A stretch of 64,000 bases of DNA from an uncultured Chloroflexia bacterium (GCA_963823925.1 CAWGNI010000007.1:27333-91332); one strand, 5' to 3'; shown: positions 1 to 10,475, counted from the stretch's first letter. A program made the numbers and translations. The notes: generated from the letters alone by a model not told the origin.

Positions 1-614
1 CCGAGGGGAGCCAAGGCGAGATTGTTGAATGCCGTGGCTCGATAGTCGCCTCCCAGCACAGTCGCGAAGGGTTGGCCGGTTCGTAGCGCGAGGACGCCCG
101 CCGCTATTGCGGTGTTCAACCCAAGAAGGACGGCGGATCCGGCCAGTGTCGCGACCAGGTCGATCGCCAAGTCCTGTCTGCCAGGTTGCCCGGCGAAAGC
201 CAGGATTAAGCTGCTCACGAAGCCGCCGAGAATGGCTGGAAGCGTAGCCCCCGCATGGTTGACTAGGGATCCATACCAGGGGATGCGCCCTCGAAGCTCA
301 CGCATCTCCGTCGATCCAATCGCTGCTACCCATCCCGCAACTGCCGGCCCACCAAGGGACATCGCCGCAATCAGGGGTGCCATTGCGACCGCCTGATGCG
401 TACCCATCGGGAGCTTGACTGGCAACGCGGAGGCAATGAGTGTCAGGGCGATCCAGAACGCGACGCCGAGCCAAATCTCGAAGATAGTCGGCGTTGGTCC
501 ACTCGAACCGAGGGCAATGTTCGGGTTCGCGGGAAACACAAGAGTCGCAACCAGGAGTGCAACAGCACTCACGGTCACGACTCCCGTGACGTAGGCCTTT
601 AGCGATTGCGGCAT
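1..614 (-). CDS. Polytopic membrane protein, N-terminal part (3' end lies beyond the left edge); resembles the membrane module found N-terminal to HD/HD-GYP phosphohydrolases
   Basis: Absent from the ORF track because it is open at the window edge. Own translation of the minus strand from ATG 612-614 gives MPQSLKAYVTGVVTVSAVALLVATLVF...IGSTEMRELRGRIPWYGSLVNHAGATLPAILGG... It has several hydrophobic helices, G/C-rich third codon positions, and AAGAGG 7 nt upstream of the ATG. Confidence 0.6.
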   Translation of the reverse strand, partial: MPQSLKAYVTGVVTVSAVALLVATLVFPANPNIALGSSGPTPTIFEIWLGVAFWIALTLIASALPVKLPMGTHQAVAMAPLIAAMSLGGPAVAGWVAAIGSTEMRELRGRIPWYGSLVNHAGATLPAILGGFVSSLILAFAGQPGRQDLAIDLVATLAGSAVLLGLNTAIAAGVLALRTGQPFATVLGGDYRATAFNNLALAPL

Positions 615-860
615 CGAGTGCCTCTTACGTTGGGACGAACACCAAAAACTGTATTACCTACAGCAGCGCTTGGTAATCGAGCCAAACGTACTAGAAGCCT
701 CGCAGTGACGCTCCGCCGGCCATTGCGATCAAGGCGACACTTGTTAGCGCCACCATGATTCGCGAAATCTTGAGCCTTCATTGGAAGGCCCTCTACCAGC
801 CCTTGCTGATCGTTTCTGGACTCACGCTCGATCCTCCTTCGCGGCCTTCGTGCTCCGAAG

Positions 861-891
861 AACACAAAAACCGACCTGACTTGTGGTCGGT
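861..891 (-). terminator. Rho-independent terminator (minus strand)
   Basis: Minus strand reads ACCGACC-acaagtca-GGTCGGT followed by TTTTTGTGTT. It lies about 160 nt downstream of the stop at 1053. Confidence 0.6.
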
Positions 892-975
892 CGGTTGCAC
901 TACTCGCTCTGCTCCACCCCAAGTGCCCATTTCAGGTGGTGCTTCAGCGCGTCCGAGCGTATTGACTCCGCTTCC

Positions 976-991
976 TAGTACTGGAGTACTA
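976..991. promoter_or_regulatory. 16-bp perfect palindrome TAGTACTggAGTACTA in a low-GC spacer (candidate operator)
   Basis: Read directly from the sequence. It sits in the AT-richer 615-1052 interval between two minus-strand genes. Confidence 0.25.
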
Positions 992-1052
992 CGAAGTCTC
1001 GGGACTATATGGACCCAAGAGTGAACCGGTCAATACGGAACCTTACCTATCC

Positions 1053-4000
1053 TCACAGGGAATCGAGGGCCGGGGGTTCGATGCCGAGCTGATCGCGGAT
1101 CGAAGTAGCGTAGTGCTCGTATTGCTCTGCCGCGGCATTGTGTGCGCTGCTTGCTTGGTACAGGCGGATCAGCGAAACCTCGATGTTGTCCGCTCCCGGA
1201 TCGATGTCCATCGCGCGTCTCGCCAGCTTGATGCCGCGCTCGAAGTGACCGGTTTCGAGGTCCCGTGTCACCGCTCGTTCGACGACCTCAAGGTATGACG
1301 CATGGAGCCAATCTCGATACGGGGCGGCCCATTCCTCATACTCGAAGTCGAGGGCGAACCGACCGTCGATATGTCTCAACAAGGGTTGGCAACCTGATCC
1401 GGGGTCGGCTCCGGAGGTAGCGCCTTGATCAGCTGTCGACACTCGTTGCTACGACTGGAGATCAGCTCCGGGTCAAGCCAGATGAGATCCGAATCGTGGT
1501 GCAGATATCCCGGCGAGAGGTCGTCGACATAGTTCTCCTCGATCACGCGTCGCAAGAAGTACACGGTCTGGTTGAGCGAATTGACGGCGTCCGGCGGGTC
1601 GAGATCCGGCCATAGCGCGTCGAGGACTTGATCCCGGGTGCTCGACATCTCTGCCTTCGTGAGCAAGAAACATAGGAGAGCGAGGACCTTCCGTCGAATC
1701 GTTGAGCCTGGCATGTGCCGATCTCCGACAACCACGGAGACACGCCCTTGATCTTCCACCGACCACAGGATCGGCAAGTCGCGCGGGCGAGGGCCCGACC
1801 CAAGCGATGAAGCTCCCGGTTGCCGACGATGAAGGCGGGCGAATGATCGAAGCCGCTGGACATCTTGCTTCTGTCCGATCGTCTCCAGCAAGCGGGCGGG
1901 CGGCCGAGGCTAGGCGCACCCGAAGACTCTGAGATGGAATTTCGGAGGACAAACCGCCAGCGTCCGGGGTGGAGTTCCGCCGCGCGCTGGATTGTCGCGA
2001 CTGCCGAAGTGTCGAGCTCGTGAGGCCGGCGGCGAAATCAAGTCCGAAAGCGAGGGTCACATTCCATGGCGATACGGCGCCCATGATGGCGATCGCGGAG
2101 CTCAGGTCGACATTGGAGCCTGAAAGTGCTCCGAGGAGTTCTGCAGCGCGACTCCACCGCGTCGCACCCTGGTCGGTTGCCATCCTCCAGGCCGCATCAG
2201 TGAGACTGCAGACCGGCGGGTCGAGTCGGCAGCGACCGCCAAGTAGGCCGCCGTTACCTGGCGGACGGTCGCGTATCCCATGAGGACGCCTTCGCCTTGC
2301 TTCGACTGATCCCAGGACGGACTGTGCTTCCTTGAGCCGCCGCGGCGAGCAAAGAACCAAGCCGACTGGATGATGTAGTGCGGCCGAGCATAGGCATCGG
2401 AACTGACGTCCAGTGTGCGAAGCATCTGCGCGGCAGCTTCCGGTTCGATGTAGCTGTCCGCCAGACTGCCCTCTCGTAGGCGGCCTCAACCTCGTCAAAA
2501 TTGGCTGCGCGCGAGGATTGCCTCTCGACTCTGGTCGACGAGCCCGAGGAGCGCCAGCGCGTAGCCGCGTGCCATCCATGCTGCTGACAGTTCCATGCTC
2601 GAAGACGTTCCGTCCAATGCCTCGATTGCCGCATCGGCGGCATCGATAGCGCCCTGAGGGTTGTCCTGGATCGTGGACGTCAGTGCGAGGTTGAGCATTG
2701 TCACGCCGTAGTAGTGCGGGTGGACATCGCGCTGGTGGCGAGCCATGGTCCTTAAGGTGGGCCGACATGGAATCGATGCTTCCATCGAAGGTCGCGTCGA
2801 TCATCAGACCTGTGCCTTTGGCGATGAGCCTCAGATGGTCGCTCGACGTTGTCTCGGCGAGCCGTCGTGCGAGGGGTAGAGAGTGTTGACCAAGTCCAGC
2901 CTGGAGATACAGGGTTACCAGGTTCAGCAGGGCATGGTCGCTCTCCTGGGATCCGGGCTCGACCGCCTCAAGGATCGCGTTGAGAGTCTCTGATCGCTGG
3001 TTCGTATTCTCGCCGCTGCATCTGGATTCGCGAGGCAACTAGGCTCAAGATCGGTGATCGCATCGTCATCGGGACGCGCTCGATCTCGTCGGCGGCCATG
3101 GCGTGTTGGCCGCTGCCCATGATCTCCGGGATGGCGCCGGCGATCGTGTTCGAGAGCGATTGGTACTCACCGGCCTCGCGGTAGTGGTAGGCAGCGACGC
3201 GCCAATCGCGTTCCGACGCCGCGTCGGCCACGCGTCTGTGGAGATGCGCGATGGCCGCGTCCCCGATGGTTGCTCGCAGACGGGCCTCCAGGAACTCGCG
3301 TACAAGCGGGTGATATCGCTGCGGGCCGCGCGATGAACGGGGCGCTCTGCTGAGCAGGGTCAGCCGCTCTGCCGCCGCCGTCAACCGGGTGACCTCCGAC
3401 GCTGCGACGTCTGCCGCTACGGCGGCCAGGTCAGGGGTGATGACCTGCAACACGGACGTCCGCATGAGGAAGTCCTGCAGGTCCGCGTCGAGATCGCCGA
3501 CCACCTCCTCGGCGAGGTAGTCGTAGAGCTCCTTGTCGGCCCCGGACAACCCTCGGACGAACCTCCGGGTCTCCGCGGGTGACCGATCCCGAAGGGCGGC
3601 CTGGACGAGTTGGAGTGATGCTGCCCAGCCCTCGGTCCGCGCGGCAACGTCCGCGATCACGTCGGGATCCAGCGTTCGTCCGTATGTCTCCGTGAACAGG
3701 CGGGCGGTTTCGTCGGCGTCGAATCGGAGGTCGTCCGTGCGAAGCTCAGCGAGCTCACCTGAGGCCCGCATCTGGGCGAGCGGGATGGTCGGGGCGCGCC
3801 GGCTGGCGAAGACGATCGATAGCCGCTCTGGCGCCCGGGCGATCAACTCCCTGACGATGAACCGGACATCCGCCGATCCATCCACAAGGTGGAAGTCGTC
3901 GAGGATGAGTGCGGCGCCCTGCTCGGCGATGGTCGGGAGTTCGCGGATGAACACCTCCGTCGCCGAGTCGCGAGTGGGTCCGCCGAGAGCGATGTCAGCC

Positions 4001-4449
4001 AGCAGGGCGGTCGTCCGTGGCGCGAACCCCGGGTCGTGCTCGCGACCCGCCGCCACGATGTGGCTCAGGAACGGGATCCAGTCGCGATCGTCCTCATCCA
4101 GCCGATACCAGAGCGTCCGGACCCGGGTTCGTCGCGAGAAGTCCGCGAGCAGCGTGGTCTTGCCGAAGCCGGCATCGGCAAGGATCAGGATCACCCGGTC
4201 GTGGATCCGCGCCGCCAGCCAGTCCAGCAGACGATCTCGGGCGAGGGTCTGGTCACGCAGTGGTGGTCGCTGGACCTTTGCCGGTTGGATCGGATGGCCG
4301 GTCATCCCGTCGCCGTGTGCCCCCTGCCTGAACGTTGCGACCACTTGGCGACCCGGTCCGACCGCGACCGACGCACGGGCGGGCCGCGCTGGGACCAGAT
4401 CGACCGTCGAATCGGGAGGTGGCATGGGCGCCATCCTGGCGCCGGCCAC
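1053..4449 (-). pseudogene. Disrupted giant regulator: MalT/STAND-type P-loop NTPase + TPR-like repeats + C-terminal OmpR/SARP-type winged helix + BTAD domain
   Basis: Coding signal hops between minus-strand frames. Segments: 2968-4449 (ILILADAGFGKTTLLADF Walker A; ALILDDFH Walker B); ~2760-3038 (NAILEAVEPGSQESDHALLNLVTLYLQAGL); 2495-2785 (ELSAAWMARGYALALLGLVDQS); patches in 1900-2490; 1376-1891 (KVLALLCFLLTKAEMSSTRDQVLDALWPDLDPPDAVNSLNQTVYFLRRVI); 1053-1442 (EYEEWAAPYRDWLHASYLE...LIRLYQASSAHNAAAEQYEHYATSIRDQLGIEP). Confidence 0.65.
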
Positions 4450-4492
4450 TCACCTCCCGATTAGCTGCGACCGATCGGTGGCTCCGGTCGGC

Positions 4493-4696
4493 TCAGCCCT
4501 CGTATTCGAACCCGATCTTGACGTCGACCCGGTACTCGACGATCTCTCCATCTCGCACGATCGCGGAGGACTTCACGACCTCCACCGTCTGGATGTTCCG
4601 GACGGTCCGCGATGCTGTCGCGACGGCCTGGCGGGCCGCATCGCTCCAGGAATCCGGGCTCGTCCCGACCATCTCCCGGATGATGATGACGCCCAC
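4493..4696 (-). CDS. Dodecin-family small flavin-binding protein
   Basis: ORF-track entry 4493-4891 is over-extended at the N-terminus (Arg-rich junk). From GTG 4694-4696 the product is MGVIIIREMVGTSPDSWSDAARQAVATASRTVRNIQTVEVVKSSAIVRDGEIVEYRVDVKIGFEYEG (67 aa). This is dodecin size and motif pattern. The start overlaps the upstream stop by 1 nt. Confidence 0.75.
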   Translation of the reverse strand: MGVIIIREMVGTSPDSWSDAARQAVATASRTVRNIQTVEVVKSSAIVRDGEIVEYRVDVKIGFEYEG

Positions 4697-5001
4697 TACG
4701 CGGTGACCGTCGCGCTTGACGTCTCGGCTCGGACCTTGTCGAAGCACGAGCTGCAATACACGGGTCGGTCGTTCCTCGGTGCGAACGGCACGATGGCCTG
4801 ACCCCCACAGGCCCCGCAGACCGCGGCGTGGAACTCGCGCGGTCCCTCGCTCGATCGCGCCCGCTTCGCGGCCGCCCGGCAGGACGGGCATCGCTGCGGG
4901 TCGTTGGTCAGCATCTTGCTGGCGAAGAAGGCCTGCTCGCCGGCCGAGAAGACGAACTCCTCTGAGCAGTCGCGACAGGTCAGACTACGGTCCTGATACA
5001 C
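4696..5001 (-). CDS. Small double zinc-ribbon protein (4 x CxxC)
   Basis: 101 aa with CRDC...CPSC and CGAC...CSSC pairs. GAGGAGGG lies 9 nt upstream of the GTG start. Third codon positions are G/C-rich. Confidence 0.7.
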   Translation of the reverse strand: MYQDRSLTCRDCSEEFVFSAGEQAFFASKMLTNDPQRCPSCRAAAKRARSSEGPREFHAAVCGACGGQAIVPFAPRNDRPVYCSSCFDKVRAETSSATVTA

Positions 5002-5207
5002 CCTTCCAGACCCTCCTCGGCTCGGGACCTACGACGGTCGAGGACCGCGACGCCGAGGGCAGAACGGGTCGGCGAAGAACGCGCGGACACAGGGGTGCGC
5101 GCTCGGCCGTCCCGGGCTCGGCTCCGGAACTCTTAGCGGTGAAGATACGCTCACCGTCAAGTCGGCTGAAAGGCCTGGGCGCGACTGCCGGGACCGGATC
5201 CCGCGGT

Positions 5208-6557
5208 TCAGCCCGCCTCGGCGTAGCGCTCGCCGGCGTAGCTCACGAAGCGCGTCTGGCGCTTCTTGAACCACAACTGGATCTCGCCGGTCGGTCCGTT
5301 GCGATGCTTGGCGAGCTTGAGGTTGATGACCTCGCCTTCCTGGTCCTGGTCGTCCTGACCGCGCTCCTTGTCGCGCCACAGGAACATGACCAGGTCCGCG
5401 TCCTGCTCGATCGCGCCGGACTCTCGAAGATCGGACAGGCGTGGTTCCTTCGACTCGCGCATCTCCGGCTGACGAGACAGCTGGGACAGGGCGATGACCG
5501 GGATCGACAGCTCGCGGGCCAGCGCTTTCAGCCCGCGTGAGATCTCCGAGACTTCCTGGACCCGGTTCGCATCGCGGTTGGTCGTCGTGGCCTGCATGAG
5601 CTGGAGATAGTCGACGATGACCAGGTCCAGACCCGCCTCCGCCTGGAGCCGTCTCGCCTTCGTCCGAAGCTCCATGGCCGAGATGTTCGGCGTGTCATCG
5701 ATATAGACCGGGGCCTCCGACAGCGCGTTCATCGCCGGTGCGATCCGGGCGAAGTCAAGCTCCTCGAGGAAGCCCGAGCGGAGCCGCTGCGAGTCGATAT
5801 TGGCGACGCTGGAGAGGAGCCGGAGGACGAGCTGCTCCTTGCTCATCTCCAGGCTGAAGACGCCGACGTGCTTGCGCTCGCGGACCGCCGCATGCTCCGC
5901 GATGTTGAGCGCGAAGCTCGTCTTGCCGACGGACGGACGGGCCGCGAGGACGACGAGGTCGCTCTTCTGCAATCCGGTCGTCAGCGTGTCGAGGTCCGTG
6001 AACCCGGTCCGGACGCCGCTGATCTCGCCGCGGTGGGCGTGGAGGTAATCGAGCCGGTCGTAGGCATCGTGGAGGAGCGACTTGAGCGGGCTGAACCCGG
6101 CATCGACGCGTTTCTGGCTGACCGCGAACAGCTCCGATTCGGCGCGGTCGATCGCTTCCTGGATCTCCGCGGGGTCCTCGTAGCCGATCCCGGCGATCCG
6201 TCCAGCGGCGCCGATGAGGTTGCGGAGGACCGCCTTCCGCTCGACGATCCGCGCGTACTGGGCGACGTGGACGGCGGTCGGCGTCTCGTTGGACAGGCCC
6301 GACAGGTAGGCTCGCCCACCGACCGCCTCGAGCTCCTCGCGGCGTTCCAGCGATTCCGCGACGGTCACGATGTCGATCGGCTCGCGCCGCTCATAGAGGT
6401 CGAGCACGACGGCATAGATCCGGGCGTTCGCCTGGCGATAGAAGTCGGCCGGGCGGAGGAACTCGGCGACCTCGATCACGGCGTCGCGGTCGATGAGCAG
6501 GGCGCCCAGGACCGACTGTTCGGCCTCGAGGCTCTGGGGTGGCAGGCGGTCGATCAC
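5208..6557 (-). CDS. dnaB: Replicative DNA helicase DnaB
   Basis: 449 aa. N-terminus PPQSLEAEQSVLGALLID, Walker A AARPSVGKTSF, then VIVDYLQLM and IALSQLSR, the canonical DnaB motif order. Confidence 0.95.
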   Translation of the reverse strand: MIDRLPPQSLEAEQSVLGALLIDRDAVIEVAEFLRPADFYRQANARIYAVVLDLYERREPIDIVTVAESLERREELEAVGGRAYLSGLSNETPTAVHVAQYARIVERKAVLRNLIGAAGRIAGIGYEDPAEIQEAIDRAESELFAVSQKRVDAGFSPLKSLLHDAYDRLDYLHAHRGEISGVRTGFTDLDTLTTGLQKSDLVVLAARPSVGKTSFALNIAEHAAVRERKHVGVFSLEMSKEQLVLRLLSSVANIDSQRLRSGFLEELDFARIAPAMNALSEAPVYIDDTPNISAMELRTKARRLQAEAGLDLVIVDYLQLMQATTTNRDANRVQEVSEISRGLKALARELSIPVIALSQLSRQPEMRESKEPRLSDLRESGAIEQDADLVMFLWRDKERGQDDQDQEGEVINLKLAKHRNGPTGEIQLWFKKRQTRFVSYAGERYAEAG

Positions 6558-6765
6558 GTCGGGGCGGGCTCCGTCAGCGAAGGGGGTCCTTCATTGTCAG
6601 AGGCAGGGACCAGCGGTGCCTCCACGAACTCGGTCGCGATCCATCCGATCGTCCACGAACTTGGCACGAGGGTGGACCGGATGTGGACAGTCCTGTTGAT
6701 ATCCACCGTCTTGCGGTGGCAGATCCCGCGCGCACGGGACTTGGGATCGCTCCAGCTAGCCGCGA

Positions 6766-7416
6766 TCAATCGAGCCGGCGGATGACGCCGATGAGCTTTC
6801 CCTGGATGCGGACATCGTCGTAGAACTGGACCGGGTAGGCGGGGTTGGCCGGTTGCAGCCGGATCTGGTCCTTCTCCTTGAAGAAGCGCTTGAGGGTGAC
6901 GGCGTTCTCTTCCACCTGGGCGACGACGATGTCGCCGTTGCGGGCAGTCGTCTGCGGGCGGATCAGGACGAAGTCGCCATCCGCGATGTGGGCCTCGATC
7001 ATCGAATCGCCGCGCACCCGCAGGACGTAGGCATCGCCACCCGGGGCGAGGACGTCCGGGATCGCCATCGTCTCCGTCGCGTCCTGGTAGGCCTCGATCG
7101 GCCCGCCTGCCGCGATCTCCCCGATGATCGGCACGACCTGTGCGTCCCCGGCCGTCGCCTGGGGGACCAGCTCGCTCGTGAGGCCGAGACGGATGGCCGC
7201 GGTGGGGGTCAGCCGGATGGCCCTCGATTGGGCTGCGCCGCGCTCCAGGTACCCCTCCCGCTCCAGGATCTGGAGGTGATGGTGGACGGCCGAGGTGGAG
7301 GCCAGCCCGACGGCCCGGGCGATCTCGCGGACCGACGGCGGATAGCCGCGCGCCCGCAACGTCGCGGCGATGAAGTCGAGGATCTTGAGCTTGCGTTCGG
7401 CGTCGTGTTTGGTCAC
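6766..7416 (-). CDS. lexA: LexA repressor
   Basis: C-terminal 216 aa of ORF 6766-8037. It contains KILDFIAATLRARGYPPSVREIARAVGLASTSAVHHHLQILEREGYLER (wHTH) and the S24 peptidase part (VRGDSM...GDIVVA...LKRF). I place the start at GTG 7414-7416 because AAGGAGG sits 5 nt upstream. ATG 7435-7437 is the alternative. Confidence 0.9.
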   Translation of the reverse strand: MTKHDAERKLKILDFIAATLRARGYPPSVREIARAVGLASTSAVHHHLQILEREGYLERGAAQSRAIRLTPTAAIRLGLTSELVPQATAGDAQVVPIIGEIAAGGPIEAYQDATETMAIPDVLAPGGDAYVLRVRGDSMIEAHIADGDFVLIRPQTTARNGDIVVAQVEENAVTLKRFFKEKDQIRLQPANPAYPVQFYDDVRIQGKLIGVIRRLD

Positions 7417-7435
7417 TCGCGCCTCCTTGTCAAGC

Positions 7436-7463
7436 ATGATAACGAACGGACGTTCGATGTCAA
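7436..7463 (-). promoter_or_regulatory. lexA promoter with SOS (Cheo) box filling the -35/-10 spacer
   Basis: Minus strand reads TTGACA-tCGAACgtccGTTCGt-TATCAT. The -35 is at 7458-7463, the perfect CGAAC-N4-GTTCG box at 7443-7456, and the -10 at 7436-7441. Confidence 0.75.
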
Positions 7464-7530
7464 GGCGAGGGCACGCAGGCCTGTCGCCATCGAGGCTGCT
7501 AGACTCCCGACCCGGGAGTGGAGGTACGGC

Positions 7531-8046
7531 GTGGGCCGAGGCGACAAGACTCGCAGCAAGCGATCGAGCGGTGGGGCGGGGATCGGCCGTGCCCTCTCGC
7601 TGCTCGCGTTCCTGCCGATCGCCAGTCGCGTGCCGATGTACACCCGGCTGATCACCGCGCTGGTGATGGATGAGCGGATGCCGAAGCAGCGCAAGGCCCT
7701 CCTCGTCGGTGCCGCGGGGTACCTCGTCCTCGGCCGGGACCTCATCCCGGATGACGTCCCGATCATCGGTGGGATCGACGACCTGATCGTCATCGTCCTC
7801 GCCGCGGAGCTCTTCCTCGATGGCGTGCCCGACGACCTGCTCGACGAGAAGCTCCTCGAGCTCGGGATCGAACGGGCTGAGTTCGATCGCGACGTCGCCC
7901 AGGTCCAGCGCTTGACGCCAAGCCCCGTCCGGCGGACCATCCGCCGGATCCCCGAGCTCGTCGGTGGAGTCGCCGACGCATTGAGACAGACCGGTCTGGT
8001 GCCGCGAACGCGGGCCTGGATCACCAAGGAGGATCACAGCGCGTGA
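7531..8046 (+). CDS. DUF1232 (YkvA-like) membrane protein, divergent from lexA
   Basis: 171 aa from GTG 7531, with GGAGTGGAGG upstream. It contains RMPKQRKALLVGAAGYLVLGRDLIPDDVPIIGGIDDLIVIVLAAELF, the DxIPDxxPxxGxxDD motif of DUF1232. The earlier part of ORF 6853-8046 is antisense to lexA. Confidence 0.7.
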   Translation: MGRGDKTRSKRSSGGAGIGRALSLLAFLPIASRVPMYTRLITALVMDERMPKQRKALLVGAAGYLVLGRDLIPDDVPIIGGIDDLIVIVLAAELFLDGVPDDLLDEKLLELGIERAEFDRDVAQVQRLTPSPVRRTIRRIPELVGGVADALRQTGLVPRTRAWITKEDHSA

Positions 8047-8489
8047 AGGTCATCCTGACGACGGACGTGCCGAAGGTCGGCAAGAGCGGCGAGATGAAGC
8101 AGGTCGCGGACGGGTACGCGACGAATTTCCTCATCCCGCAGCGGCTGGCGGTCCCGGCGGCCGGCGGTGCCTACCGCGCCTGGCAGCACGACATCGCGAG
8201 CCGCGAGGACAAGCGACAGCGAGAGCGCGAGGAAGCCGAGATCGCCGCGACCCGGATCGCCAGCACGACGCTGACGATGGGCGTCAAGGTCGGCGAGGCC
8301 GGCAAGCTGTACGGCTCGATCACATCCAAGGACATCGCCGACGCGTTGGCCCGCCGCGGGATCGAGGTCGATCGCCACAAGATCGACCTGGATGAGCCGC
8401 TCAAGACGCTCGGCACGTACAAGGTCGCGATCAAGGTCTTCACCGGCATGACGCCGGAAGTCACGATCATCGTCGAGCCGAAGGGCTAG
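8043..8489 (+). CDS. rplI: 50S ribosomal protein L9
   Basis: 148 aa, MKVILTTDVPKVGKSGEMKQVADGYATNFLIPQRLAV... The GTG start overlaps the preceding stop (GTGA). Confidence 0.9.
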   Translation: MKVILTTDVPKVGKSGEMKQVADGYATNFLIPQRLAVPAAGGAYRAWQHDIASREDKRQREREEAEIAATRIASTTLTMGVKVGEAGKLYGSITSKDIADALARRGIEVDRHKIDLDEPLKTLGTYKVAIKVFTGMTPEVTIIVEPKG

Positions 8490-10475
8490 CCCCCGGGACT
8501 CGAAGCGGCTCCTCGCCGCTCCCAGATCGTGACCCCGTCGACGTCGTAGACCGTCTCGAAGAGCGGGCTGTCAGCGAAGTCGGTACCGGGTTCGCCGGGG
8601 CACGGGATCCCGCCGCTCGACAGGACGTAGCGAGCGCCGTAGATCGCCATCCGCTCGGCGGCCACGTCCGCGCCATCGCAATAGATCGCCGTCGTGTCCA
8701 ACTCGCGTGGCGCCGGGTCATAGCCGAGATTCGAAACGTACGGTCCGAAGGTGGTGATCCGGAGGCGCCCGGCGAGGTCAACCGGGCTGTTGATGAAAGC
8801 GTCGGTGACGAAGACGGACCGCTCGGGCGTGTTCGCCGCGATCCATTTGGCGGCCACTTCCTGGGGCAGCGTCAACGCGACGTCGTGCGAGCGCAGGTGC
8901 CATCCGGCGATCAGGGCCGGCGACAGCGCCGACAGACCGATCACGAGGACGATCGCCCAGCTTCGCCATCGATGGATCAGCCAGGCCGCCAGGATGGCCA
9001 CGGCGATCCACATGATCTGGAAGTACTTGTTCATGTCGAACTCGACCGCGCTGGCCACGACGATGTTGGGCACGACGAACAGGGCGACCATCCAGGCGAC
9101 CAGGAACCAGCGTCGGGGCAGGTCGCGGGCCGTCAACGCGGCGACGACCGCCAGCGACGAACGGGATCCCAAGGTTGGTCAGGTAGAAGAACGCGACGGC
9201 AGCGGGACCATCGTCCATCCGCGCCTCGCTCCAGCCCAGGACGAAGCGGAATGACCCGATGTCGCTCTGCCGTCCGATCGCCGCGAGGATGAACGGAGCA
9301 GCGAGGACGATGGGGGCGAGGAACAGGACGGCGTCCCGCCAGACCGACCGCTCCCGCCAGGCTCCCGAGGTCAGGACGTACAACCCGACGATGAGGTAGG
9401 TGGCCGGAAAGGCGAAGAACTGGAACGGGGCGAGGAGTGCGGCCAGGACACCGGCGAGGAGCATGCCCAGCGGTCGCTTGCCGACGGAGGCCACGACGAC
9501 CAGGACGACCGTCACCAGCCCGGGCAGTCCAAGGGTCGTCGCCCGGTGGGGGAGGAAGCCGGTCCCGAAGATCGAGGCGACCTTGAAGAATGGCCAACCG
9601 TCCGCCCAGGTGTTGTCGTAGGACGTCCGGCTGACGAGATGGACGACCCCACCCATCCCCGCGATCACGTCACCGACCAGGCGGATCCAGCCGAGGCCAC
9701 CGCCGAAGCAGACGAGGATCGCGGCGATGGTCGCGACCCGCTGGCGCCCGGTCAGCCGAAGCGCCAGCGCCCACACGACCAGGGCGAGGACCCCGGCGAA
9801 CAGCGCACTCGTGGCGAAGTAGGTGCCGATCAGGTCCACGCCGGCCACGGTCGAGGTGATCGCGCCGTGGAAGTCGGCGAACCAGTGGTAGGTCAGCGGT
9901 TCCCCGGCGAAGTACGGCACGTCCGGCGGGAAGTTGCCCGCCGCGATGCTCGAGCCGATGGCGACGTGGACCAGGAGGTCGCTCCAGTTCCACCCACCCG
10001 CCACCCAACCGTCGGGCGTCGCCACCCAGCCGTTGACCATGAGGACGACGAGGACGGCCAGGCTGGCCGAGATGGCCACGATCCAGGCCGAGGCGTCTGC
10101 CCGGAGAGCGGACATGATCGACCGAAGGGTCGGCCGGGGGAGCGGTTCGAGCCAGCGGTGGTGGCTGCGCGCCACGGCGATCGACGCGAACGCCAGACCT
10201 GCAGCACTGACGATGACCGACTCGCGCCCGAACCCGGTGACCCGCGCCACGACGTCCACGAGATGGGCGGAGACGTACACGCTCGTGACGATCGCCCCAC
10301 CGACGGCGCCCGGAGTCGGCAGGTCGGGCACGACGCGGCGGATCACGATCCAGCCAGGAGCGAAGAACAGGATCGGCCAGATCAGGACGACCGACGTGAT
10401 CGGGATCGCCCAGGCGATCAGCGCGGCCATGACGACGGTCACGATCGCGGCGAGCGTGAACCCACGGGTGGCCAT
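8486..10475 (-). pseudogene. Large polytopic membrane protein (GT-C / PMT-like appearance, family not assigned) with one frame break
   Basis: Two pieces: the frame of ORF 8778-10670 from ATG 10473-10475 ([22 protein letters not shown]...WNWSDLLVHVAIGSSIAAGNFPPDVPYFAGEPLTYHWFADFHG...FFYLTNLGIPF), and ORF 8486-9172 (LAVVAALTARDLPRRWFLVAWMVALFVVPNIV...). They join seamlessly with a 1-nt change near 9150-9165. Could be an assembly indel. Confidence 0.5.

Noticed and set aside
793-825. The 10-codon mini-ORF as a definite gene
   Set aside because: Only the SD and spacing support it, and it is too short for any compositional test. I kept it as a note within the low-GC island finding rather than as a feature.
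6683-6706. Two facing DnaA-box-like 9-mers (TGTGGACAG and ATATCCACC) about 130 nt upstream of dnaB
   Set aside because: Each matches the TTATCCACA consensus at only 7 of 9 positions. There are only two, with no AT-rich unwinding element and no dnaA or dnaN nearby. This is not enough to call an origin or DnaA regulation.
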